In this document: positions 44,801-56,964 of the stretch, piece after piece
Numbering within the stretch: the first letter of the stretch is position 1
Layout of the letters: the number at the start of each line of letters is the position of its first letter
NCBI GenBank assembly: GCA_965153455.1
Contig: OZ234494.1
Coordinates: 4,402,001-4,466,000, forward strand
Direction: 5' to 3'
Length of the DNA stretch: 64,000 nucleotides
Source of the DNA: Sphagnum compactum
Taxonomy: Eukaryota
Program-made: the position numbers and the translations under genes
Notes under the pieces: generated by a model
Seen by the model: only the letters and a program-made list of their open reading frames with translations
The model's database searches: none
What the model was told of the DNA's origin: nothing

Positions 44801-47800
44801 TTCATAGGTTAAAAAAATTAAAATTATCAATAATATCAAATATTATATTAAATATTAAGTAATTTAAATTTAATCAATTTCCATGTTGTTTAATTAATGA
44901 ACTAACAAGTGAAATGGCTTGATAAATTTGTATTTCACTTGAAAATAACTTTTTTTCACTAAGTACTAGTGGACCAATTCACTATTTGTAGCAACTGGTC
45001 CCATTTACTAAGAGGTTGAACAGTTTCATCATGGTAAAAATGTTTAAATTCACTCAAAATCTAGTGAAACCCATAGTGAACTAGGATGCATTTTGGGGTA
45101 GTGATGTTTTGTTTTTTTACAATGTTTCATTTTATGTCTTTTTACAAAGTTTTCTTTGCATTTAATGCTTTGGATTTTTTTCCTTTGTCATTTTATAAAA
45201 AAAATTTCACCTCCAATCCTTTTGTTGTTTTGTTTCTTTTGGAGGTGGAAACCTCCAACATTGATTTGTTTCTTTTCTTTTTAAAGAGGTTTTAACAAAT
45301 AATTTATTTGTGTTGTACCAAAAAAAAAAATTTGATTGATTTATTTCTTTTCTTTTTGTAAAGGTTCTTATAAATAACATATTTGTGTCATATCACAAAA
45401 AGAACAACTCCATGACCATTACATGTGAAAAAATGAGATTAATTATGAACTCAAGTTTGTTGTTTCATGTATTTATGCATTTGCACTATCATGTGGGGAA
45501 AAGGGAGGTCAAACACAAGGAACAAGGTTCGACTAATGCATGCACCATAAATGGTAGTTGCTTCAATTTTTTTAAAAAATAAGCTTGTTTTGTCTTTTAT
45601 TTTTAAACTTTTTATTGTTTATTCAAAATGTATACACCAAATTCATGAATGTTCTATGTTTTCTCTTATTATTTTGGAGGCAACACCTTCGAGTTGGATT
45701 TTTTTGGGTTCTTTTGATGCAATATATTTTGGGAAAGAGTTGTGTAATAAGGTTATATTACATGGTTGCAATGGGGCACAATTGGCCTAGATTGGTTTAA
45801 ATTGGATTGTATCCAGTAAATTCTTTGCAAGTTTTGATTTTGTAAGGCAAATTCCTAATTTGCAGTGGAGATGCTCTTACACTTAAAATTCAAAAAATAT
45901 TATAACTTGTAGATTGTGTAAACAACTTTAATCTAAACTAGTACAACTAATTGATATTTATTGTTTTATTTCAAAAGAGATTAGATTTGTAATAATAAAA
46001 TTGTACACTTGTCATCTTGGAGTGATGAATCCACACTTTACTTTTGTAAATACCAAAAAAAAGAAAACCATGTATCAAATCATGGTTGTATCCAATGTGG
46101 TAAATTTTATTCCTTAGGAAGCCATGATTGCATGCTACTCTAAAGTGATTGAGGATCAATGTATTCCACAACAGAATGTAGTTCATTGTTTGCTTATTGA
46201 AATTCAATGCTTATATACAAAACTCTCCTTGTCCAAAATTGTTTAAATCAACAAAACCACAAATATTACAAGTCGTGCATCCACTTTCCAAAACATTCAA
46301 TTAAAAAAAGAAGTACCAAATGAAGGAAATAAGAACGATAAAACAACAAGATGATCAAATGAAATAGCAAAGCAAAGTAATAAAGCAATGACTCCATGAA
46401 ACAATGAATTAACATAACAATTGAATCAATGAAATAGTGAGCCAAGTAATGACGTAATGAAATAATGAAAAAACAAAAAAAACAAACAAACTAGGAGCCA
46501 TGTTCAGCAAAGGTCAAAACGATGCAACAGTAGGGAAGCATGAGCGGTATTAAAGAAGTGAAGGAGAAGGAAAGCTAGGTGAAGATGAAAAGGCAAGGAA
46601 TGTGCTAAGATGAAGAGAGAGGAACAAAATAACATCAAGATACCCATACTCATGATGGAAATGCAATGGTCTGAATGAGTAGTGAGACTAGCAATCTTTT
46701 CAGCAGATGCCACTAGCATCAACACGTGTGAATCCAAAGGACAAGAGTGAAAAGGTAACTCCACATTTATGACGACTAATTTTACTAGGGTTTTGAATGT
46801 CAGATTAATTAACTTAGTGTCAGTGAATTCCCGGAAATAATCTTCACCTGCAAGTGTGGTTAGAGCTTAATTTCAGAACAGCTCAAAACTCATGCAAAAC
46901 TCAGAACTGAAAACTTTTGCTTAAGTCATGCAAGTTGAATATAACCACAAAAGCATCTGCCCAAAGTTGTGTCACACTCACATGTCCAAAACCACATTAG
47001 AGTCAAGAAGTTAAACTAGTCGATGAACACTGTCCAAAAGTTGACGCAACCCAAAAGCCTCTGTTGAAACCTCCAACTCCTGAGCATGCCTCAACATAAT
47101 ATTTATTTGCAAACATGGTTCACCCTCTCTTGGTGGAAGACATAGTCTCAGCTCTGATAGTTTGTAAAAATTTGTCAAAAGAGTCATTGGTCATTAGAGC
47201 CAAAAATGCTTACTGCATGACCTTGCTGTAGGGGACTTGGAGTTTGTTTTGCAAACTGTGTATTATATGTTGAGATATTGATGGCATTTTCTCTCTTGAT
47301 TCATCAGTACATTGAAGAAGTTGCAGATTTCACAAACATATTATTGTGGCTGATGACTAAGTAACAGTTGTTTGTAACTGCTGCAACCACTGCAACCACA
47401 CCCACTCTTACTGTTTAATGGATTTTAGCAGCGGGCCGTTCAATAGTTAAAGCCCAAGGTTCACACCTTACTCCATATGGGTTTAATAGCTCAAAGTTTA
47501 GAACGCAGAATCTCCTTCCTGTAATATCTCAATGTCTTCATGCAGTTGATGATCAGTATTGGGCAGTTATTAGAAGTGGCACCAAGTAATGGATGGTTCT
47601 CATGGCACTTCTAAAAAATCAGAGAACCAGTTCTGATACATAACTGTGCTTCTCAAAAAAAAATTTAAGAACCGATTTTGGTATATTTCAAAAGGCCAAG
47701 AACCAGTCAAATAACCCTCTACAAATTTGCCAGTTCTTTTTCACTTATTTCATGAAAACCACCAAAGGTTCTTTTATTCTGAAAATTTTCAAAAACCAGA

Positions 47801-47943
47801 ACTGGAGGTTATTAAAAAAATATAAATCAGATAATCGCCCAACACTGGTGGTGACTGGTGATGCACCTCACTAGTTTAGAAGTTTTGGCTCAAACTGGTG
47901 ACAGGATCGAGATGTTGAGACTGGTGAAATACCTGTAACTTTG

Positions 47944-50511
47944 TTAACTGCAATCAGTTGCAAATGGAGCTGTAACAGGAGTGTGTGGGCTGGAGTTTCT
48001 TGGGTATACCTACCCAATACCAAGGGACATATGTCAAACACCCCAGCCTCTGGTGGCTCACATGAAAACACCTTCAATGTTTAGAACCACGCTGGTTCCA
48101 TTCCCAAATGACATTACTCCACATCAGATTAGGGTTGAGGAGGAAATTGACAACCATCAACTGGAATTGAACAATGAATGGCAGAAACATATTGAAGACA
48201 AAATCAAATGATGGAATATAAGGAAAGTCCCTGAGGTTTCAGGAGCCATGGCCTTGGTTACCCTATTGTAGTGCACTTCATCACGATCCCAAGGTGCTTG
48301 ATGAAATGTTGTCCTGTTTGGCTACAACCAGCACCCAAGTGAAAGAATAACCCATTTAAGTTCAGTGTTAGAATATGCAGCCCCATGGTCCAATTTTCAC
48401 TTAGGGGAGGAGACCTGGGCAATCAATACCTGGAAACCTGCACCTGTGTAATGCCACATCACAATGGCTTATAATGGTTTATGAACAAGATTGAGCTCTA
48501 GGGTTAAAAGTTATGATGCCTGCTTAAATTCATTATAAAAGAATTGGTTTGACCAGAGGCTTCATTTACCAATCAAGGGCTGCAAATTGTGAAAGTGAAT
48601 GGGGTCCTTAGTACGATTTCATTGTGTTTTGAGCATTAAAATTTGAACTATGCTAATTGATCTAGCATAAGAGAAGCTGGAAAAGAAAGAGGGTGGGGTG
48701 AAGGACCTGAGGAGGGATATCATTATCAAAGGTTGCAAATGGAGCGGTATGTGAGGATGCAGCACAAAAAATAGGATCCATGGTATAACTGTTTATCCTG
48801 TTTGACTGTGGCACTTGCTGGTCCTTGTCCCAAGGAGTACCCTGCTCCACATTTGCCTGCTACCATAAAAAATCACAACTCTATTTGATGTCATATTTTT
48901 ACTCCCACTAATGAGTTGGTTAAAATGAGGCCATGACCTGTGCTTATGAAGTGTGAACAAGATTTTACTAGAGAGATATACATACGGTAACAATGGCTCC
49001 AAGAATTAAAGCCATAAATCAAACAGCCATCAAATATGCAGAGAGAGTATCTAAAGGTATGTAGAGCCCTTACACCACCATGCCAAAAGAGGGCTTCTAT
49101 ACCCCCTTGGATTTCTCTAATCACCAAATAGATTAACTCTGCTATACCTTGAGCTTCTTGTGTATTTCTGCTAGAATTCAGGTTCTATACACACTCATCA
49201 ATGGGAATGTCAAAAAGATTTGCAGGACACACAAACTAAAATAGCATACCTGGTGTTGGTCTTCCATATTTTCGGAAGTTCCATAGGGCATATTTTTGGT
49301 GTACTCTTGGGATGAAGGTCCTGTGACGTGGACTTGTCTCTGATCCTTGTCCCATGGAGCATCATCCTTTGTTCCATCACTATCCTGCCATATGCCCATC
49401 ATGTTATGTTCAGGAGATTGCAATGAACTGAAGTTGACATTGATTTGTACATCACCTCACCAGCTCAAAGTTTTTCCTGATTCCAATACAGCATCCATGC
49501 TTTCTGAGTTGCAGGGTGTGTAGTGTGTACAGAGGAGGTGAATGTGTAGGTTGAAGCCCTAGGAGTGAGGCATTCCATAAATAGGGCCTATGGAAGGCAA
49601 GAACCAAGCTCAGGCCAAAATTTTGACAATATCCCACTCCCAGAGCCCGAGCTGAACTTCAGAAAAAACTGAGGCCATCATTTTTAACAATGTCTTACAC
49701 AAAATAGACCCATTGCAGAAACTGAGGCAATCATCTATGATAGGCATCACGCAAAAGGCCTTAAGGGCAATCAATCTTAGACCAAAAAGTCAGAGGGCAA
49801 TAAATCTTTTGAATTAAATGCCATATGAACTATTCTTTCATGTAAGGTGTGCTCCAACTATACTACTAAATTATGTCCAGGTTTTTCTGATGAAAAATGT
49901 ATTCTATGAAGATCAAAGCACTTTGATGATGCATGCGTTCAAAGAGAGATAGAGGGCTAGCCTGCTTCTGTTGCTCAATATTTTCTGCAGTTCCAAAAGG
50001 AATGGTCTGCAAGGAAGGCAATCCAGATTGCTCAGGTGTGGCTAGGCAATTGGACACTGATTGATCCTGCTTCCAAGACTTTTGCCGCTTAAATAAAGCA
50101 TCACCGGAGGATGCACACAACTTGTACCCATAAAAGGGCTATGTACATTTGTGGCAAATACAAAATTCATAAAAGCAAATGGATGCAAGAAAGAATGGAT
50201 TACTTGATCATGCATCACTAGATCGTAGGTCAACACAAGTGAGATATGGATTTTTCGTCAATGAGGTAAACAACTTGGGTATGAATGCACTTAGTATAAG
50301 TTGGATGACAAAGAGTTTTGCATAAACAACTTGGGTATGAATGCACTTAGTATAAGTTGGATACCTCTTCTGGTGTTTGTTTTCCAGAATCTCCATCTTC
50401 ATAGTAAGGCTCAATATATGTTGAGCGCAGAGCTGGTGGCTCTGGACCTTTCTCCCATGGAGCATCCAGCCGCATTTCAGCAGCCTGTCATTTTGTAAGT
50501 TCATGCCATTG

Positions 50512-50554
<43 letters not shown>

Positions 50555-51648
50555 TGATGGATTTTCTTCTGTAGACTGAACGCGAATCTTGTGCACCTCA
50601 AGAAGTTCTATGTCTGAAGCGTAGAAACTGACCAAGTCAAAATTCAAATAGAGAGAGAGCCTTTTAAAGGTATATGAATGTCCAGAATTTGCATTTCTTG
50701 CTAACCCTGGACACTCCGCCACCCACGATCCCCGCAGAAACTTGACCACATTTCTTGCTAATCTTGGATACTCCGCCAAGATCTCCGCAGGAGCTTGGAC
50801 CTCTCACAAAATTTCATGTTAAATCCTGTGCAGGATTTTGTGCACAACTACCAAATCGCAAAAAGGATGATGATACCTTGAACTTCGCTTTTACATAATG
50901 TTCGTTATACATGCTTCCTAATGTTGGATAGTCCGCCACGATCCCGCAGAAACCCGACCTCTCAGAAAATTCATTTTAAATCCCGTGTCAGATTCTGTGC
51001 GCAACTACCAGATCGCAAGAAGGATGATGGTACCTTGTACATTGCTTCACACAATGCTCGTCATAGATGCTTGCCTAATCTTGGACACTCCGCCACGATC
51101 CCCGCATAAACTCGACCTCTCAGAAAATCTCATGCTAAATCCTTTGTCAGATTATGTGCACAAAGTCTACCAAACCGCAAGAAGGATGATGATACCTTGA
51201 ACATTGTTTTACACAATGCTCGTCATAAATGCTTGCCTAATCTTGGATACTCCGCCACGATCCCCGCATAAACTCGACCTCTCAGAAAATCTCATGTTAA
51301 AATCCTTTGTCAGATTCTGTGCGCAAAGTCTACCAAATCGCAAGAAGGATGTGATACCTTGTACATTGCTGTACACAATGCTCGTCATGCATGCTACAAT
51401 TTGAAAGTTTTAGGATCGGAATTCGTGGTCTGTGTCACCTGTCGACGGAGAGGCTGGTTGTGGAAAGTCGCATAAGGAGCTGTCTGCGAATTAGAAGCAA
51501 TGTAGGAAGATCCGATAGTAGTGGCACGGCCAATGTTGGGCGACACTTGATCTTTCATCCATGGCGCTGCTGCCGATGTCCCCTCCCGCCTTGGCTCATA
51601 CCTGGTCTTATCGTGTAATGTGGCAAACGGTGCTTTCCGAGAACTCAT
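47944..51648 (-). CDS. Uncharacterised repeat protein with exon-encoded PW-x-K/R-D ... (T)AP(F/Y)AT / P(F/Y)GT modules
   Basis: Mostly AG/GT-bounded, apparently phase-0 exons at about 51648-51439, 50484-50365, 50120-49962, 49384-49250, 48856-48707, from 48321, and 48009-47944 each translate to related motifs. Some junctions are uncertain. Confidence 0.7.
50695..51390. repeat. Tandem minisatellite of about 160 bp, about 4 copies plus a partial, in intron 1 of the repeat-protein gene
   Basis: The anchor ctaatcttgga(c/t)actccgcca recurs at about 50758, 50918, 51075 and 51237, with a partial at 50701. Confidence 0.92.
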
Positions 51649-52988
51649 CTTCTCGCCACTTCGTTCTTGTCTTTCGATTACGTGAATCTCCGCACAAATT
51701 CAATTCGTGTCTGCTTCTCTAACTGGAGACGGGCAATGAAAAAAAACCCAAAGTCCCCTTGCGAGAAACCAGAATTCTATAATTGCCACTCCCGTTCCAC
51801 AAATTGTTGGCAAATGGGTGTTTAGTGGGGAGGAGTATGTACAATGGCAGAGTTGGGGTGAGGGACGTGAAAAGGGAGAAGAGGGGAGCGGGCAGTTGGG
51901 ATTTACCACAGCACCAGCTATATTCACACTTGGAGATGGCATGCCCACTCACTCACTACGATTTTCAGCTTCAAACCATTGAGTTAGCTTATATCTGCAA
52001 TCGATCATGTGAGAATTATCTGCGGTTGCTCATATGAAGACCCAGATACAGTCCTTCACCGCTTCTTTCCCCTCATAAGATCATGTTTTCTGCCCAAGCA
52101 TATTCTTTTCCAAAAGAGCAGACCAACATTCAAGCTCCACTCTACCTCCTAGCACGCAAAACCAGTTTTGGGGGGGGGGGCGGAGAAGATTTGGGACCAG
52201 CTTGTGCTTCTCACACCTGCACAAATCTTTGATTTCTTCTCTGCTAAGGTGGCTGCCGAAGTCGCGGGCGTGATGCATCGGCGGATTTGGGTTTTGGACA
52301 AAAGCATGTCGGAAATCTTCTGTGGAAACATCATACCCCTTTAGACTGTGCCTACTCACGCAACATCGAGAACCGGCGAAGAGGGGACTCGTGGACCCAA
52401 ACCGTAAATGTCAGGAGTTGAAGTCATGAAGGTCTTCTGCCATATATGTGGCTTCTGGGATAACTTACAAGCTAATGTAATCCGGAACCCTATCCAAAAG
52501 ATAAGGACTTTCCATCTGCGTGTGTGATGTCTTCAGTTTGGCAATTTCCAATTGGTCTGTAGGCTTTTGCTTTGAGAAATTCTTTGAGCTTGAACATTCT
52601 CGTAAGAAGAATTTCAAGGTTTTGTTTGAGAGGTGGTTTTATTTCTTTGTTATGTTCTCAAACATGTTGATCACACACAGTTGTGGTGTCAGTATGACTT
52701 CTTCAGAAGTCACAAACTTTGCTTGCGTACGAAATCTTGTTGGAGAGTTTGAAATTCTCAAGCATTGCAATGGAGACAACTACGTCACCAAGAATTGAGT
52801 GTGCAACAAGTATTGACAATGTGGTTGAGGTTATCTGCCAGGTACAAAACTTGTCATTTCCTAAAGGGCAAGGAAAGACCTGTCTTTGAGCGAAATGCTG
52901 GGATTTGTTTTTCATCTCCTTTTGTTTCGTTTTATTTTTTGACAAGGAGAGAAGAGAGGGGATTACTGTGGTTCTAGTGAGCTTGCAG

Positions 52989-53363
52989 ACAGATAGAGAA
53001 TTCCAGTGGGGCTTGCAACAAGTGGGCCAGTGTATGGCAGACTTTCACAAGTAAGGCTCATTTGCATCATTGTGAAATGGCATTTCACATCTTGTTGTGT
53101 CTGCAATTTATTTCAGATGGCAGATGTGGTCATCTACTATGCAAAACAAGGCATACTTTGCACATTTTTCAACTAGTCAGAGCTCACTGCTACAGGTTTT
53201 TAGATAAGTTTTTCAACTAGGCAAATGTCAGAGACATGCCAGACATTGCGATTGAGCTCCCACTGCAGCCATGGATAGCATTTCAAACAGATGGACTGAT
53301 CATGCTTTCGGACATCCTAACTCCACTTCCAGCACTCAGGATTGAGGTTGATGTGAAGTGCAA
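52989..53363 (+). pseudogene. HEME: Uroporphyrinogen decarboxylase (HemE/UROD) unprocessed pseudogene fragment, two exons
   Basis: Exon 52989-53050 gives LQQVGQCMADFHK (like LMRQAGRYMADFRK). The exon from 53196 gives [46 protein letters not shown] (like [18 protein letters not shown]). It has an in-frame TAG and frameshifts, and no downstream HemE exons were seen. Confidence 0.8.
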
Positions 53364-54022
53364 GCATTCTTTCACCTATTTCCAGGCTGCAAGCCGTCAA
53401 CAACTGCCAGTAATTTTGAATTACTGTTGTCATCCTTTGCTGATGACAAATCTTTGTGATGGGTTACAGATTTTCCTGGGAGAGAAGTGGTAGTTTCCTG
53501 TTTTTCAATCAGTTGACCTGATCATTAACTCCCAAAACTTGCTTGTTGTTGCACTCATCAAGGCAATTGTTTCACAGATTTCTGCTCATGGTTGCAGGAC
53601 AATAAATGACCCAGACCAGTCATTGCCATTTTCAAGGGAAATATTGTCATCACTGTGACAGGAAGTGGAGGGGAAAGCAACTTTGATAGGCTTTGTTTGG
53701 GCTCCATGGATGCTGGCTGGAGATGGCTGCGGATGGAGGGGAGGGGGTAGGGGGGGCAGCCCCGAGTCTTGTGAAGACCAAAACTATCATGCTGCAGGCT
53801 AAGTTTGTAAGATCAAAGCATCAAAGAAATCAAAGGTTTTTTTCTCTGATTTGTTTTGCGTACTGAAGTACCTTGACAGCGCCTTCATCATCCTGAGAAG
53901 CCATGGTGGTGGTGTCTGTGGCATTGATTATTTGATTGATCACCACTCTTCTCATAGCACAATCGTTTGTAAATAAGCTTACAGACGTTGGTAACTATCA
54001 GCAAACTTCTAGCAGAACAGCA

Positions 54023-54173
54023 TATATCTATGAAATAGCAGAGAAATCTCCACAACAACAATTTGAAGGTAACATGACAATGCATGCAGTCATAATGTCA
54101 TAATCTTATTGAGAGTCGCTCACAAAGTGTAAGACCATCACCTTCATCACAAATAGCAGCGACGCGCTGCCAT
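54023..54173 (-). mobile_element. Retroposon copy D (5'-truncated)
   Basis: Perfect 16-bp TSD, ttctagcagaacagca, at 54007-54022 and 54174-54189. Carries only the 3' 151 nt of the family. Confidence 0.85.
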
Positions 54174-54657
54174 TTCTAGCAGAACAGCACAAACCACAAT
54201 TCTACCAATTCATACTTTCTATTGGGACATCCCCTAATAGAACTGCGCATCATACTCAATTATCAAGAGCAGAAATTTGGCAGAAGAGTTCTGGAAGAAG
54301 CAGAAACACAACACACATACGTCGCACCCGTGTGCATCACTCAATAAAGGCACTGCTTGAACAGTTTCGGCATCAGTCCCAACAATTGCGCGATCTGATA
54401 AAGCTGTTAGAATCGCTACTGGCAGATGAACAAATACCAAAAGTGAGTAGACCAGTTGCGGGCAGCAAGCTCACAAGCAAATATCATTGTCTGCAAATAT
54501 CATTGTCACAAATCCTATCAACAACGGCACCAAATGCCACAGCAGCTGTAATGCTATTTCCTTGAACTTTGCCTTCGGTATCTTTCTGCAACACACTGAT
54601 ACAGAAATTTAGAGAAAACTTTCGTTTTGCGCTCGTCAGTAGGGTTTATTGATCTTC

Positions 54658-54667
54658 AAACCCTAAA
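54658..54667 (+). promoter_or_regulatory. Telo-box (AAACCCTA) upstream of the ribosomal protein gene
   Basis: aaaccctaaa lies about 80-90 nt before the mS34 ATG. Telo-boxes are known in plant translation-gene promoters and leaders. Confidence 0.45.
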
Positions 54668-54747
54668 CATGCGTTCTAAGGGTTCTGTCGCCACAGACAG
54701 GAAAGGAAGTTGGGAAGTGAAGGATTGACACCTGAGTGTAGGGGAAA

Positions 54748-55556
54748 ATGGCAAGCGCGCATACGACTATGAAGCTCCTGCGGCGAGCGATGGCAACGGC
54801 AACGGAAGCCGCCGTCAAGGTTCCGTTGAAGAAACCAGGGGAAGGACATCCTAAAAGGAAAAACTTGTTTGATGTGGTGAAGCTGCTGCCTAACTGGGGT
54901 GTAGGCAGCAAGGTTGCCAAATCGCATTGGCGTCCAGAGACATTCTACAAAATCACGGATATCAAACTGTACAAGGTATGCAATTAGCAGGCCTCTTGGT
55001 CACGTAGAAATGTGAGATTGCAGCAAGAAGTTACGACGCTGTTAGGGGACTCCAAGCAGGATCACTCCAAGTTCGTTTTTGGTTCATCAACAATCTTTTG
55101 TTGACGGTCGTTATCATCAAACTCCAGACATGGAGTCTGCAGTCACTAAGCATGCAATTTTGCACGGTGGGATTCTAGGTTTTGTTGCATAGAGATGATG
55201 TTGAGAGCTTGGTTCTTTTGCGTGCAGGATCCAGGCCATGGAGCTGCGTGGGGAATCTATCATGAGGCAGGCAAGCCCCTTTCACCGTATGTTGTTGTCT
55301 GTTTCTAATTACAAACTATCAGTTGCAGACCAGCAGCACAGAGTGGTGTTTGTTCCTAAGTATTGAAGGTCCAGCTCAAAGAGTAACATTGCTCAATTGA
55401 ATTCTGAGTTTGCAAAGAAATGTGTTATGCACAGGTGTAGAGGCAGGCAGGCTGCAGAAGATAGGTGGTGCTAACAAACGGTGTTGGAAACACATTGAGG
55501 AGGAGACTTCACAGACTTGGAGAACAGTGGAAAAATCTCAGGTAGCACAAGGATGA
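54748..55556 (+). CDS. MRPS34: Mitochondrial ribosomal protein S34 (mS34)-like, 3 exons
   Basis: Exons 54748-54975, 55228-55270 and 55435-55556 give KRKNLFDVVKLLPNWGVGSKVAKSHWRPETFYKITDIKLYK|DPGHGAAWGIYHEA|G..KIGGANKRCWKHI. Confidence 0.85.
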
Positions 55557-56637
55557 GATGAAGCTGTTTACTGTACTGGAGAATGTGGAAATCTACACCA
55601 AAAGGGTTGCAACAGGCAGCTCCAAGATCATTAAAGAGATCAAGTGGCAAATTCTGCACATTGCAATGAAATGCAGCTGATGGGTTTTGTGCTGAGTGCC
55701 AATGCTATTGACAACTTCACATTCAGTGCTTAATCAGCAGGAGATGTGTGGATATGATTTAGTCAGGGATATGGTGACAATGCGATACATGCCACAAGGT
55801 CTTATGCACAAGCATATTGCATTTTCCTTCTGGACAGGTTGTCTGCCAAGCAAAGTGTGATTAGTGCAGAATTAGTTCCAGCAAAGCAGCTTCTTGTAAA
55901 CTGTTATTGAATATGCAAATCATTCAGTGCATTGTTGTTATAGACAAAGAGAGTTTACTTGTCTACCTTCTACTCCGTGTTATGTAGATTTGTATTGAGG
56001 ATGTACAACTGATCACTTTAATCTGCTTGATGCTAATAACTATAATTGTTGCAATCATTGAGTCTGTCACATATTACCCTCTTGTGATTAACATGCCCTC
56101 TGCTTCTTACTGATCACTTTTTACATCTGTGTGTCCTGAGGTTGTGTTGTTTTTGCAGAGTTCATCCGTCTTATCCCTATGAACAGGTGCCTCATTGGAA
56201 ATTTGGCAAACTGTGAGAAGAGGTGCTTGAAAGCTCTCTCAAGTTTGGTTGAAAATGTTTGTCAGAATCTATCCTTAACCTTGATGACATGCTGTCATAG
56301 TCATTCTCTCAAAAAATCCATGGAGCCATTTTTATTCCTGCACCATGAGTTTAGGGGAGCCTCTGTGTTTCCAAGATGGCTCATAGTGGGAGGATCTTCT
56401 ATCCCTAGTTAACTCTCTTTGACATTGTGCAAAGAGCAGTGGTCATATGTCTAGCTTATGCTTTGAAATTTGTGGTCAGGCCAGAAAATTCTTGGCAATT
56501 AAATGCAATTGTGTATATGAGCAGTTATGGTTTTCTTGTGTAGCTTTCTTTGCCTTGACCAGGAAATGACTCAAGACTTCAGGTCTTACGCATAACACCC
56601 TTCCTTTCATCAGCACCTAATGACCTTCCAACAGGTG

Positions 56638-56817
56638 ACCTGCCATTGGGAGCTGATGAAGTCGGTGGGTAGTCATTGCAGCTTGTCACTGCTATTTGTG
56701 ATGAAGGTCATCATGGTCTGACTTTGTGGGTGACTTTCATATGGTTATGATTGCACTCATTGTTATGTGACCTTCAAATTATTGTTGTAGAGATTTTTCT
56801 GCAACTTTGTAGATATA
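56638..56817 (+). mobile_element. Retroposon copy E (5'-truncated, diverged)
   Basis: ttgggagctgatgaagtcggtgggtagtca..gagatttttctgcaactttgtagatata matches the family core and 3' end. TSD not clear. Confidence 0.8.
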
Positions 56818-56964
56818 ATTAGAGGTGATTATGTTCCTAAGATCATTCCTAGGTTGATTTAAGTGTAAGGTAAAGCCCCAGGGTGGGGGCATTCCCTTAA
56901 AGGCCCTCATATTTAACAAACTTATCTGCTTCACCCATCATAAATCATAAAGCACAAGCCAAAG

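Noticed and set aside
50695-51390. CRISPR-like array (also the repeats at 63094-63740)
   Set aside because: Whole units repeat with no unique spacers, there are no cas genes, and the context is a eukaryotic intron.
51700-52480. GC-richer segment with several 60-90 aa ORFs
   Set aside because: No recognisable protein motif or consistent exon structure. It may be promoter sequence or another gene fragment.
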